From the NCBI GenBank assembly GCA_037131105.1, contig JBAXRQ010000001.1, positions 258,039-322,038 of the forward strand: a DNA stretch of 64,000 nt, in the 5' to 3' direction. The stretch comes from a bacterium (GTDB taxonomy: Bacteria > Patescibacteriota > UBA1384 > CAILIB01). The position numbers were made by a program, and so were the translations under genes. Below are positions 28,409-38,110 of the stretch, piece after piece. Each line of letters starts with the position of its first letter. Position 1 is the first letter of the stretch. Below the pieces are notes generated by a model. It saw only the letters and a list, made by a program, of their open reading frames with translations, was not told where the DNA came from and did not search any database.

Positions 28409-30175
28409 CTAGTTCTTCCCGAAGTCACTGTTTGCTGAACACAAAGGGTTGGCCGTACCGGTCAGCCTTTTTGTTATGTCTCTGTAGACGAACGGTTCCG
28501 AGCGGCCGTCAGGGTAGGCATAATAGCACTTTGGCAGGTAGGGAAGAGTATCCTTGAAGTAGCGGTTCAGAACTAAGCGGAAGACGTTGACGTTGTCAGC
28601 TCCCTGGGTTAGGTCGGCAGTGGTGCTTTCCGGAATATGGTAAGCAGCGAGATTGCCATATTTCATCTGCAGGTTGGCGTCCGACCAATTCAGCATGCTA
28701 CCGTTGGCTAGCTCGGTCTCGATGGCATTTCCGTCAAAAAGGTCATCATTGAGGCTGGCCGGATAGGGGCCTTCGTCTGACTGGAGGATGACAATGGCCT
28801 TACCGCCACTATTCTTATTGATTTTGGCTAGGAGCGGTTCCATCTGGCTGTTTATGTATTTCACCTGGTTGACGTACTTCTGTTTGATGAGTTCTCCGAC
28901 ATTGTCATCGCCGGTATTGGGATTAAGGGAGCCGTCGGCGTTGTAGTAGTAAGGATTGTGGGGGACAAGGACATGGGCGAAGATGAAGCGGCCGCCGGCC
29001 GGCTGATCTGCCAGGTCGTTAAGCGCGTCCAGCTTGTATGGGGTCGCTTGCTGCTCCCCAAGTCCTCCGTAGGCGAGTACCTGGAAATTCCCGAGACTGA
29101 TTCCGTGCTCAGTCAGCCGCCAGAAGGGGCTTTGGGTCAGTAGGTTTTTGGAAAAGGTATTCATGGTGTAGGTATGGCCCAGCACAGTCAAGAGGCCTTC
29201 CGGCTGGTAGACGTGGTCAGCCAGGGGCGCTTCATTAGTGGCCTCATACCAGCTGCCCAGCTCGTCATAGGTGTAGCCCAGACTTTTAAGGCGCTTGATA
29301 ACCGTGGCGTTCCGGATGGCTTCGTGATAAGCGAAGATAGTCTGATCGGGGGAACCTGCGAACTTCTGGACAATATCTGTATGGTAGTCGGCATTTAGAG
29401 TCGAGGCTATCGACATGGTCGTGTAGGGATAGTTCTGGTGGGCATTTGGGTTGGAATAGTAGCCGTTGTCAGTAAGGAACTTGATGAAGGCCGAGTTGTC
29501 AAAGCCGAACTGCTGCTGCAAGACGTCTTGGCTGGCATACCGGTCCAGCACTATGTAGTAAATATCAGGCTTCTCGGTGCCGGTGCTGAGCGCCGCCTGG
29601 GTCCCGAGGGTACTAGTCGGCTTATATGAGAACTGGCCCCACTCGGTGGTAATGGTCCGCACGGTTGGGTAGAGCTGGAGCACGAAGGTGACAACGATGA
29701 CCACGGTAATGCCTCCCACCAGGTCCTTAGCCTTCCAGTTGCGGGTCTCCACCAGTCTATCTATCACAAGACCGACGTAACGAGCCATTAGGGCAACTAA
29801 CACGATAAAGGCCAGGCTTATGACTGTGCCCTCCCAGCTCTTAAGCTGGGGAATGGGGTTCAGGGCCTTGATAGCGGGGTACAGCGAGCTGAGCTTGCTC
29901 TCGTACTGGTCACCGATTACGAGGACAGTGAGGATGGCACCGACAAAAGAGCCGAGAGGTGTCTTCTTGGAAAGGGGATAGAATATACAGGCCACAACTG
30001 TCGCTGTCAGCAGGCTGAGGATTATCGGCAATAGGAGGTCTATCAGGGTAACTTGGTACTTGTTCTGTAGCCAACTGGAAAGCGGCGGAAGCTCGGCTAA
30101 CAATACCAGGGGGGTCCAGTAAGAGAGCCAGGGGATGATTCGCTTCAGAAATGTGATGGGGCGTTTTTCGCTCAT
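28409..30175 (-). CDS. Membrane-bound sulfatase/alkaline-phosphatase-superfamily transferase
   Basis: N-terminal TMs, PDIYYIVLD, FAHVLVPHNPY, QSDEG. Confidence 0.8.
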   Translation of the reverse strand: MSEKRPITFLKRIIPWLSYWTPLVLLAELPPLSSWLQNKYQVTLIDLLLPIILSLLTATVVACIFYPLSKKTPLGSFVGAILTVLVIGDQYESKLSSLYPAIKALNPIPQLKSWEGTVISLAFIVLVALMARYVGLVIDRLVETRNWKAKDLVGGITVVIVVTFVLQLYPTVRTITTEWGQFSYKPTSTLGTQAALSTGTEKPDIYYIVLDRYASQDVLQQQFGFDNSAFIKFLTDNGYYSNPNAHQNYPYTTMSIASTLNADYHTDIVQKFAGSPDQTIFAYHEAIRNATVIKRLKSLGYTYDELGSWYEATNEAPLADHVYQPEGLLTVLGHTYTMNTFSKNLLTQSPFWRLTEHGISLGNFQVLAYGGLGEQQATPYKLDALNDLADQPAGGRFIFAHVLVPHNPYYYNADGSLNPNTGDDNVGELIKQKYVNQVKYINSQMEPLLAKINKNSGGKAIVILQSDEGPYPASLNDDLFDGNAIETELANGSMLNWSDANLQMKYGNLAAYHIPESTTADLTQGADNVNVFRLVLNRYFKDTLPYLPKCYYAYPDGRSEPFVYRDITKRLTGTANPLCSANSDFGKN

Positions 30176-30183
30176 GTCCGTTA

Positions 30184-31134
30184 TTAAGAAGTGACTGCCT
30201 TTACGATCTGGTGGATGGTCTCGGTGCGTTCATCGTATTTGTAGAAGCCCTTTCCGTTGGTGTAGATAGTCAGAATATATAGGTGCTTTCCGTCACTCAC
30301 GATAGCGGCGTCATGGACATTGTCCTCGTATTCTCCGTATTTGTGATAGGCCTTAGTGCCTTTTGGAAGTGCTGCTGGTATAAGGCTTTCTTCATTGGTC
30401 TTCTGCATATAGGAAAGTAGGAGGGCGGTATTGTCCTTGTTAAGCAGGGTTCCGTTATACAGCTTTAGGAGAAGAGTAGCCATATCGTTCGATGAGAGCG
30501 AATTGGTAGAGCTGTCATAGGAGCTTAGGCCTACTCCGTGGGCGAAAGTTTCTTCATTCGGCAGCCCAAGCAGGTCATTGAACAGGTCCCATGAATCATT
30601 ATTGCTCTGGTTGATCATCTGTTGCAGTTGGTACTTTGCGGTACCGTTGCCAAGTTTTTGGCTCAGTGAGTAGGTACCTTTCTCAACCTGCTGAAGAAAA
30701 TCAGTGGCGGCAATTATCTTGGCAGTGCTTGCTGCTGTGAAGGCGTGACTGCCACCAACGTCGGCCCGTTGTCCGTTTGCGAGGTCCACTAGACTCACCC
30801 CGATGATGAGGTGGGGGTTTGCTTTCACGATGTCGTCGACAGCCTGTTTGGCCTTGTCTAGTAGGATGGGACTGGCGGCAGGGGTCGGAGATGGTGTAGC
30901 GGTGGACACTGAAGCCAGCCGGGTAGCCTGGGGGGAGGATTCGGCAGTCGCCTGATCGTCTTTTTCAGGCTGCTCATTTTTCCGGGTGAGCATGAGTCCA
31001 CCGACAAGAAGCACGGCAGAGACAATGAACAGGGCGGCAGAACGTCTCTGTCTTTTCTGTCTTAGGCGCCGCCGCTTCTCGAGCGGCGAACGTGTTTCAG
31101 TCAGTCCGATTCGTGGCGGCAGGGAACCGAGCAT
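30184..31134 (-). CDS. Serine hydrolase, class A beta-lactamase/PBP-like fold
   Basis: STAK (SxxK), SNN, HKYG motifs; TM anchor. Confidence 0.85.
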   Translation of the reverse strand: MLGSLPPRIGLTETRSPLEKRRRLRQKRQRRSAALFIVSAVLLVGGLMLTRKNEQPEKDDQATAESSPQATRLASVSTATPSPTPAASPILLDKAKQAVDDIVKANPHLIIGVSLVDLANGQRADVGGSHAFTAASTAKIIAATDFLQQVEKGTYSLSQKLGNGTAKYQLQQMINQSNNDSWDLFNDLLGLPNEETFAHGVGLSSYDSSTNSLSSNDMATLLLKLYNGTLLNKDNTALLLSYMQKTNEESLIPAALPKGTKAYHKYGEYEDNVHDAAIVSDGKHLYILTIYTNGKGFYKYDERTETIHQIVKAVTS

Positions 31135-31135
31135 A

Positions 31136-32527
31136 CTAGGCAGTCTTACGCTTCATGAGGTAAAGGGTGCGCGAAGTGTCCTTCATGGTCTTCTGTTCCA
31201 GTATAGTGAAATATCGCAGAAATACCTTCTCAAACTGATCCTGTTCGTAGCCGGGGAAGATGTCTTCGCGGGCGGAAAGTAGTCTCTGGGCGTTGCTGTC
31301 CTGCTTGGGTACGAACTCTATGATCAGATGTTTGGCCTGCCCGGCAAAGAGACGGGCAATATGGTCGAGGGGTAGATTGTTGGCAATTGCCAAATGGTGC
31401 ACCAGGGCCAGACAAAGGGCCAGGTCAAATCTGCCGCGCTCTAGAAACGAAGGCCGTTCCTGGTTGGCCCAGCCTATGCTGGGACTGGGATTGGTCAGGT
31501 CGATGATCATGGAAAGCAGGTTTTCGTCCTTCTGCTTTCGGCTCAACCGGTAGCCCCTCTCTACTGCCACCGGGTCGATGTCCGATGCGACTGTGCGAGC
31601 TCCCGTAGCAGAGGCCAGACGGCTGAAGGTGCCGTCGTTGGCGCCGGCATCCCATACGGTGCCAGGCGTTATCTTGGCTATCCATTTCGAGACCAGCTTT
31701 TCCTTTTCGGAAAGAGAGCCTTTGGAATAGTTGTGGGTGGTCTCATAATAGTCGTCCCAGACGGTCTTCTGACGGATGGGTTTCAGTGAGGCTACGGTAG
31801 CATCAAGGTTCTGGAGTACTCCTAGTAGACGGGTCTTATCTAAACGATACTCGCGTGAAGTAGAAGGAGCGTCGGCATGACGGTTCTGGCTGCGGGCATG
31901 CAGATGGAGATGGGCGCCAATGCCGATAGAGAGCCGGGTCCGCTTGGGAAGCAGGTGGCTGGCCAAGGCAAGCGGAATCCCGTCGATGTGAAGCTGGGAA
32001 AGGGTGCCCATATGCAGGTCTACCTTGGCCATGAGGGCGAGTGGGGCAAGGAAATGCTGGCAGAACTGGCGGTAGGCCACCCAAGGCTGGCCTTCAGGAT
32101 ATATCTCAAAGGAAAGCGTGTCGATGAGAACAGGGCGGTGACCTATGAACTGGATGTTATAGGCGCTGGCGTCCTTGAGGCTCATGCCGTGCCTGAGAGC
32201 GATGCGCTGGATGCGTAGGGTAAGTAGGGCGGCGTCCTGCAGCTGGCTGAAACTCCATTCATAAGGGTACGTAATGAAGGGGATCGGCTCAGGCTTCAGA
32301 AGCTTATAGGTCAAGGGGTCCTTGGTCTCCAGTGGCTTTTCAACATGGGGAACCATCAGCCCCTTCTCGATGAGCTTGGCATACAGGCCCGAACTCATGA
32401 GTAGGTCGTAGGCTTCCTTGTATGCGTGGTTTACCTGGCGGTAGGGCACTCCGTCCTTCATGAAGACGAAGCCGCTGGGATCACGGAAAGAAGAGGCAAG
32501 CGGCTGGACGGCATGTGCGGAGCTCAT
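31136..32527 (-). CDS. SAM-dependent methyltransferase (NoeA-like)
   Basis: SFRDPSGF, SLKDASAYN, WDAGANDG, LALVHHL, IIEFVPK. Confidence 0.8.
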   Translation of the reverse strand: MSSAHAVQPLASSFRDPSGFVFMKDGVPYRQVNHAYKEAYDLLMSSGLYAKLIEKGLMVPHVEKPLETKDPLTYKLLKPEPIPFITYPYEWSFSQLQDAALLTLRIQRIALRHGMSLKDASAYNIQFIGHRPVLIDTLSFEIYPEGQPWVAYRQFCQHFLAPLALMAKVDLHMGTLSQLHIDGIPLALASHLLPKRTRLSIGIGAHLHLHARSQNRHADAPSTSREYRLDKTRLLGVLQNLDATVASLKPIRQKTVWDDYYETTHNYSKGSLSEKEKLVSKWIAKITPGTVWDAGANDGTFSRLASATGARTVASDIDPVAVERGYRLSRKQKDENLLSMIIDLTNPSPSIGWANQERPSFLERGRFDLALCLALVHHLAIANNLPLDHIARLFAGQAKHLIIEFVPKQDSNAQRLLSAREDIFPGYEQDQFEKVFLRYFTILEQKTMKDTSRTLYLMKRKTA

Positions 32528-32760
32528 GCGTCCGGATCATTCTTTTTGTTGGACTTCCGGCTACGTAGTTTGGTGACGAGACGCCCGATAAGCCCGCGCA
32601 TGGTGTAGGCTGCCCCGAATATAACACCCACTATCACCTGAATCACATAGCTGCCTGTGCCTGGATCAAGATAGGCGTGGGCATAGCTCAGAGGGGATAG
32701 ACAGAGGGGGATGACCAGCCAGAGTGATGAAGATAAGGTGGGGCGGGGCAGGCGCAGCAT
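32524..32760 (-). CDS. Small membrane protein with AHAYLDPGTGS motif
   Basis: Signal-like segment, YLDPGTGS, TM, basic tail; overlaps the methyltransferase start. Confidence 0.7.
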   Translation of the reverse strand: MLRLPRPTLSSSLWLVIPLCLSPLSYAHAYLDPGTGSYVIQVIVGVIFGAAYTMRGLIGRLVTKLRSRKSNKKNDPDA

Positions 32761-32769
32761 GTCGGTGGG

Positions 32770-33843
32770 TTAGGCGGACGGTTGATGGGGTGAATGGTGA
32801 TGGGGCCGCAAGCCAGGGAGACGGGAATGATGGGACGGCAGAATGACGCTAAAGACGGATCCCTTGCCGGGAGCGCTTACTACCTCGATGCTGCCATGAT
32901 GGAGCTTGGCGATCTTGGCGGCAATAGAGAGGCCTAGCCCATATCCTGCCGTGGAATTTTGGTTCCTGGACTGGTCGGCTCGGTAAAACCTGTCGAAGAT
33001 GAGGGGAAGGTCAGTGGCAGGTATGCCAATGCCGTGATCCTTGATGCGGATAGCCGTTTGAGATCCCTGATAGAGCGAACTAGTTGATACTTCGACTGTC
33101 GTGCCCGCAGGACTGTACTTGATGGCATTATCCAAGAGTATGGAGACCAGCTCAACCAGGCTCCACTGATCGCCCCACACTGACAGGTCTGCGCTATCGC
33201 TGCTGATAGTGACCCTTCTCTTCTTAGCGGCGGGAGCGACTCGTTCACCTGCTTCTCGTATGATAGCATGCAGATCACAGTTTTTGAAGGCTGAGAGCCG
33301 TTCTTGGCTATCCTGCTGGGCAAGCTTCAGGAGTCCGTTTGAAAGTGCCTCTAGGCGCCCGATCTCCTCAAGGTTGCTTTTAAGTAGTTGCTTGGACTCG
33401 GCCAGGGTCAGGCCGGTGTCGCGCAGAGCAACCTCGATCTCGCTCTTCATGACAGTCAGGGGTGTACGTAGTTCGTGAGAGGCATCGGCGGTAAAGCGCT
33501 GCTGTGACTCGAGGGTCTCCTCAATCGGGCGCAGGGTGCGGCGGGCCAGAAGATAACTTAAGGCTCCCCCCACCAGTAGGATGATAAGGTTGAAGTAGAT
33601 GAGGGTGCTTTGGATCGCCTCTCGACTCTCCTCGATCTGAGCGAGACGTGTCTGGGTGAATTGGGTGAAGCCCGGCTGGAGGTTTATGTAGAAGCTGCTC
33701 TGAAGCAGGGCCTCTTGGCGATGTTGGTCAGCGTCGAGGGTGCCGGTGGAGACCCTATATAAGGAAATGCTAAAGGACACACTTAAGAGCATGACCAAGG
33801 CCAGGTACCAGAGGGTGAGGCGCAGTACGGCGGCCCGGAACAT
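32770..33843 (-). CDS. Sensor histidine kinase
   Basis: Two TMs, DASHELRTP, LLDNAIKYS, DHGIGI, GLGLSI. Confidence 0.95.
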   Translation of the reverse strand: MFRAAVLRLTLWYLALVMLLSVSFSISLYRVSTGTLDADQHRQEALLQSSFYINLQPGFTQFTQTRLAQIEESREAIQSTLIYFNLIILLVGGALSYLLARRTLRPIEETLESQQRFTADASHELRTPLTVMKSEIEVALRDTGLTLAESKQLLKSNLEEIGRLEALSNGLLKLAQQDSQERLSAFKNCDLHAIIREAGERVAPAAKKRRVTISSDSADLSVWGDQWSLVELVSILLDNAIKYSPAGTTVEVSTSSLYQGSQTAIRIKDHGIGIPATDLPLIFDRFYRADQSRNQNSTAGYGLGLSIAAKIAKLHHGSIEVVSAPGKGSVFSVILPSHHSRLPGLRPHHHSPHQPSA

Positions 33844-34521
33844 CTAGGACTTCCCCAGCTTATAACCGAAGCCGCGGACGGTGTTGATGAGATGGGGGCC
33901 CTTGAAGGGCTTGTCGATCTTGTTGCGGAGGTAGCCGATGTAGACCTCTACGGTATTGGGAAGAATATCGGCGTCGTAATCCCAGACATGGCCGATGATG
34001 CTGTCCTTGCTGAGGGTGAGGTCCTTGTTGCGCATAAGATATTCCAGTAAGGCGAACTCCTTGGTGGTAAGGCTGATGCTCTTGGCACCGCGCTTCACTT
34101 CATAGCTTACCGTATCTAGGGTCAGGTCTTCCACTTGGAGAGTGTTGTGCAGGCTTTGCTCGGGGCGGCGCAGGAGGGCGCGTACCCTGGCCAGGAACTC
34201 CTCAAAAGCAAACGGTTTTACGAGGTAGTCGTCGGCGCCACCGTCCAATCCGGCGACGCGGTCCTGGATCTTGTCCTTGGCAGTAAGTACCAGGACAGGG
34301 GCGTGCAGGCCCTTTTTGCGCATGGCGGCGCAGATCATCAGGCCGTCCTCAATGCCGGGTAGCATCCTGTCTAATATCACCAGGTCATAGGGTTCGGTCA
34401 GGGCCATGCCAAGGCCTTCTTTTCCATCATAGGCCACATCTACAGCATAATGCTCCTGTTGGAGTCCGCGCTGTAGGGCTCCAGCGATTTTGTGTTCGTC
34501 TTCTACGATAAGTATTCTCAT
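33844..34521 (-). CDS. OmpR-family response regulator
   Basis: MRILIVEDE receiver domain plus winged helix; start moved to the ATG at 34521. Confidence 0.95.
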   Translation of the reverse strand: MRILIVEDEHKIAGALQRGLQQEHYAVDVAYDGKEGLGMALTEPYDLVILDRMLPGIEDGLMICAAMRKKGLHAPVLVLTAKDKIQDRVAGLDGGADDYLVKPFAFEEFLARVRALLRRPEQSLHNTLQVEDLTLDTVSYEVKRGAKSISLTTKEFALLEYLMRNKDLTLSKDSIIGHVWDYDADILPNTVEVYIGYLRNKIDKPFKGPHLINTVRGFGYKLGKS

Positions 34522-34554
34522 GTAACCTAGTATAGCGGGCAATTCTGAGAAGTC

Positions 34555-34660
34555 ACTGAGCGTTGCCGTGCCACAGAAAACCGATCGACTCAAGGAAGAG
34601 ATCACCTGTATTCCTTCGGAATACGTCTCAAAGGTTTTCTGTGGCACGGCAACGCTCAGT
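34555..34660. repeat. Palindrome carrying a ~60-nt loop element, copy 3 (inverted)
   Basis: 28-bp perfect arms ACTGAGCGTTGCCGTGCCACAGAAAACC / GGTTTTCTGTGGCACGGCAACGCTCAGT around GATCGACTCAAGG...TACGTCTCAAA. Confidence 0.8.
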
Positions 34661-34665
34661 CAGGG

Positions 34666-35166
34666 CTAGGCAGACAGGTGCGACATGATTTTCGCTACGG
34701 TCTCTTCGGGAGAGATGCCGGAGTTGTCCAGCCTGATCTCATGTGGGAGCGGAGGACGTTCCTTTACCATACGATTCCACTCCAGCGTTCTTTCGATGTC
34801 CTTGTATTCGCCTTCGCGGTTGGCCATTCGTTCCCGCAACGTGTTGTCGCTGTCTACGGTTAGTGTGATGCTGGCAAAGCTGAGGTCCTTGAAAATATCA
34901 GTAAGAGCCTGGACTCTGTCCTCTTCCAGGTCGTCAACGACCACGTTCTTGTAGCCGTGCTTGATATAGTTTTTCAGAATGAAGACGAGGTTCTCAAACG
35001 CCATGTTCTCCTCCTCGGCGCTGGCATTGCTCCAGTCCTTGTCCAGATGAACGTCACGGAAGCTGGCGAAGTCAAACAGGGGACAGCCTAGCTCTCCCCG
35101 AAGAAGTTCGCTGACAGTGGACTTTCCACTGCAGGGGCAGCCTGAAAATATTATGAGGTCGTGCAT
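34666..35166 (-). CDS. P-loop nucleotide-kinase-like protein
   Basis: Walker A GCPCSGKST; small kinase size. Confidence 0.8.
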   Translation of the reverse strand: MHDLIIFSGCPCSGKSTVSELLRGELGCPLFDFASFRDVHLDKDWSNASAEEENMAFENLVFILKNYIKHGYKNVVVDDLEEDRVQALTDIFKDLSFASITLTVDSDNTLRERMANREGEYKDIERTLEWNRMVKERPPLPHEIRLDNSGISPEETVAKIMSHLSA

Positions 35167-35348
35167 GGGTGGAGCATACTGATTTTCCTGATTATTCCAG
35201 GTACCCCTCCATAGATCAAATCCTTCTTCTCATGTCTCCCGCGGCTTTGAGCAAGGAGGCAAGATCGACAAGCTTCTGTCCTAACCGGTTGGTTGACAGG
35301 GGTAAGATGGCTCCCGTAGACTGGAGATATCAGTAGTAAGCGTGCAGC

Positions 35349-35642
35349 ATGTCCCAGCGAGTCTTTTCTTCGGCAGTTACTGTTGTGAGCGCCAGCCTGG
35401 TCATCGCCGGCTCCCTTCTGCTGACTGCTCCGGCTATGGCTGATTCCATTCTGGACCTTACTCCAAGCGCCACGCCCACCCCGACTCCTAGCGATATTGC
35501 CGCTACTCCTACTCCGACGCCTACCGCTACGCCGGTTGCTCTTCCCGCTACCGGCACGTCGCCGTATCTGCCGATCACCCTACTGGCTGTCTTCCTGGTC
35601 TCTGCAGGGGTGTACGCTGTCTTCCCCCGCCACCAGGGCTAA
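35349..35642 (+). CDS. Small LPXTG-type sortase substrate
   Basis: Signal peptide, PT repeats, LPATG followed by a TM helix. Confidence 0.7.
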   Translation: MSQRVFSSAVTVVSASLVIAGSLLLTAPAMADSILDLTPSATPTPTPSDIAATPTPTPTATPVALPATGTSPYLPITLLAVFLVSAGVYAVFPRHQG

Positions 35643-35654
35643 TCCTTTCCCGCT

Positions 35655-36260
35655 ATGACTGTCCGGCGCCTTGTTCGTCCTTTGGCCGGAGTGACCGCCC
35701 TGCTTAGTCTGGGCTGTTTGTATTATTTCTATGCTCCAGCCTTAGCAGGTAGCCTTCGTCTTCCTCTTCCCACACTCCAGCTGAGTGCCTCTGGACTGTC
35801 GTCTGCGTCCGGCCAGCTGACTCAGTATAAGGAAAGTCCCACCCTTACCATCACCAAGCTGGGACTGAAGGCACCTATTCTTCGCAATATCTCGGTCGGC
35901 GACCAGGGTGCCTACGACGCGGCGTTACATGACGGTATCGCCCAGGCCAAAGGCAGCGCCGACCTGGAGGCTAAGGATGGTAATACCTTTATCTTCGGTC
36001 ATTCTTCCAATGTATCGCTGCACCCCAGTACCTATGATGCTATTTTCGCCGGGCTGCCCAGTCTTACGCCGAGTGATAGTATGCAGATTAGTGTGGGTGG
36101 TCGTGTCCAGACTTATACCGTGACAACCAGCCAGGCGGTGGATGCAAGCGCGGTACAGTATTTGAATGCTTCCGGCGATCGGAAGCTTACTCTGGTGACC
36201 TGCTGGCCTCTGGGAACCGACTACAAGCGCTGGGTGGTGGAGGCTACACGCGTAAACTAG
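35655..36260 (+). CDS. Sortase
   Basis: FIFGHSS, LTLVTCWP and catalytic Arg (KRWVV). Confidence 0.9.
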   Translation: MTVRRLVRPLAGVTALLSLGCLYYFYAPALAGSLRLPLPTLQLSASGLSSASGQLTQYKESPTLTITKLGLKAPILRNISVGDQGAYDAALHDGIAQAKGSADLEAKDGNTFIFGHSSNVSLHPSTYDAIFAGLPSLTPSDSMQISVGGRVQTYTVTTSQAVDASAVQYLNASGDRKLTLVTCWPLGTDYKRWVVEATRVN

Positions 36261-36316
36261 GGACCGGACTGGGCCTTTCAGGTTGCCTTGTGAGGCTGAT
36301 CTGATACAATTGGCCT

Positions 36317-37363
36317 ATGAAACGAGATACCGGACGGCTTATGCTCGATATCAGCTGGGAGGCACTGCTTAAGGTGCTGGCTTTTGTGGTGGGCATCTGG
36401 GCAGTTATCGCTCTGCGCGAGGTTATCATCATGTTGTTTGGCTCCTTTATCCTGGTGGCGGCAGTGAACCCTACTATCACCCGCTGGCAGGGCAAGATGT
36501 CACGTCTGCTGGCGGTAAGCCTATTTTACACACTGGTCGTTACGGTCCTCGTAATATTAGCCTCCTTCTTTGTGCCTACGTTCATATCCCAGATGAACGA
36601 GCTGGTGCACGCTTTGCCAAGTATTCTGGACAAGGCGCAGCCGTGGTTAGGCTCTTACAAAGGCAGTTACTCAGGTATCGTCAATCAAACGGTTGAGACG
36701 GTCAAGAGTAGCCTTAACGGACTTTCACAGAGTTTCCTGGAGACTACTCTCAGCTTCTTCGGCGGTGTAGTGATGGTGGTGACAGGTGCCGTGATCAGCT
36801 TCTACCTGCTCTTGGAGGAGGAAAATGCCCGAGCTTTCTTCCGTCAGGTGCTTCCTCATAACCGATACGAGGCAGTCTATGGGGCAGTGCGTAAGATTGC
36901 GGACCGTATGGGTAGCTGGGTGCGCGGCCAGGTTATCCTCATGGTGATCATTGGCCTCAGTAGTCTGGTAGCCTATTACTTACTCCATTTAAGCTCTCCT
37001 TTGCCTCTAGCTATCTGGGCGGGCTTGTGTGAACTGCTTCCTTATATAGGTCCCACTATCGGCCTGTTCCCGGCTGTTATAGTCGCCCTCACCACCGGCG
37101 GCCCGGTCCAGGCTCTGTTAGTGCTCTTGGTTGGTTACGTAGTCATCCAGCAGATCGAGTCCCATATCGTGGTTCCACGCGTTATGTCCAAGGCAGTCGG
37201 TCTTTCACCAGTACTGGTGATCGTTGCCCTTACCGTTGGGGTGAAGCTGTTCGGCTTGGTGGGCGCCGTTATAGCCGTGCCCATAGCCGCCATTATCTCG
37301 GTTATCGCTGGCGAGTGGCCTGAGCTTCGAAAGATTTGGGAGTCAGCAGATAGCCGGGATTAA
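36317..37363 (+). CDS. AI-2E family transporter
   Basis: Multi-TM; WVRGQ, LPYIGP, QQIESH..VPRVM..AVGLSP. Confidence 0.92.
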   Translation: MKRDTGRLMLDISWEALLKVLAFVVGIWAVIALREVIIMLFGSFILVAAVNPTITRWQGKMSRLLAVSLFYTLVVTVLVILASFFVPTFISQMNELVHALPSILDKAQPWLGSYKGSYSGIVNQTVETVKSSLNGLSQSFLETTLSFFGGVVMVVTGAVISFYLLLEEENARAFFRQVLPHNRYEAVYGAVRKIADRMGSWVRGQVILMVIIGLSSLVAYYLLHLSSPLPLAIWAGLCELLPYIGPTIGLFPAVIVALTTGGPVQALLVLLVGYVVIQQIESHIVVPRVMSKAVGLSPVLVIVALTVGVKLFGLVGAVIAVPIAAIISVIAGEWPELRKIWESADSRD

Positions 37364-37364
37364 T

Positions 37365-37832
37365 ATGGCTGACCATTCCCACACCTACGCCAGGAACCGT
37401 AAGGCCGGCTTTGATATCGAAGTCCAGGAGAAGTATGAGGCTGGTATTGTACTTACCGGCGATGAGATAAAGTCTATAAGGTCCGGGCGCATGCAGCTTT
37501 CTGGTAGCTATGTGAAGTTGATGCGGGGTCATTCAAAGCAGGGAGGACTCCCTGAGGTGGTACTTATTGGTATGAACCTCAGCCAGGCTGCCAAGCCTGA
37601 TCGGACCCGCCGGCTCTTGCTACATGCCCGAGAGGTGGAGACGCTGACCCGCGCCCTGGAAGCCAAGGGCAAGGTAGCAGTTCCTCTATCCCTCTACTTC
37701 AAGCGGGGCTGGGCCAAGGTCAGTGTCGGAGTGGGTGTTGGCCGTCGCCAGTATGACAAGCGTGAGCTCTTGCGGAAGCGCGAGGGGGAGCGTAGCCAGG
37801 AGCGAGAATTGAAGGGAATCCGCAGACCGTGA
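37365..37832 (+). CDS. smpB: SsrA-binding protein SmpB
   Basis: NRKA, YEAGIVLTGDEIKSIR, RTRRLLLH, YDKRE. Confidence 0.95.
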   Translation: MADHSHTYARNRKAGFDIEVQEKYEAGIVLTGDEIKSIRSGRMQLSGSYVKLMRGHSKQGGLPEVVLIGMNLSQAAKPDRTRRLLLHAREVETLTRALEAKGKVAVPLSLYFKRGWAKVSVGVGVGRRQYDKRELLRKREGERSQERELKGIRRP

Positions 37833-37864
37833 TACCATGGGCCTACAATAACTAAGTCCTGTGT

Positions 37865-38098
37865 ATGGCGTCTCGCAAGTCGTTTCCGTGGGGTGAGGTG
37901 GGGGTAGCTGCTATCGGTGCGGCAGTAGGCGGGGTCCTGGGGGTGTTGCTTTCGCCAAACAGTGGCAAGCGCAATCGCCAGATCATCGCCAACGAGTCCA
38001 AGAAGGCGGTAAAGGCAGTCAGCAAAGCTGCCAAGCCGGTCTTGAAAAAGGCTGCTCCTGCAGCCAAGAAGAAAGTAGCGGCTAAGAAAAAGAAGTAA
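37865..38098 (+). CDS. YtxH-domain small protein
   Basis: GAAVGGVLGVLLSPNSGK motif, Lys/Ala-rich tail. Confidence 0.75.
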   Translation: MASRKSFPWGEVGVAAIGAAVGGVLGVLLSPNSGKRNRQIIANESKKAVKAVSKAAKPVLKKAAPAAKKKVAAKKKK

Positions 38099-38110
38099 TC
38101 TTCCCAGCTG

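Noticed and set aside
30184-31134. Bona fide beta-lactam resistance gene
   Set aside because: Membrane-anchored with HKYG instead of KTG and no clear class A omega-loop motif; more likely a cell-wall peptidase.
34522-34647. 42-aa N-terminal extension of the response regulator
   Set aside because: It runs through the palindromic element; the receiver domain starts at MRILIVEDE (ATG 34521).
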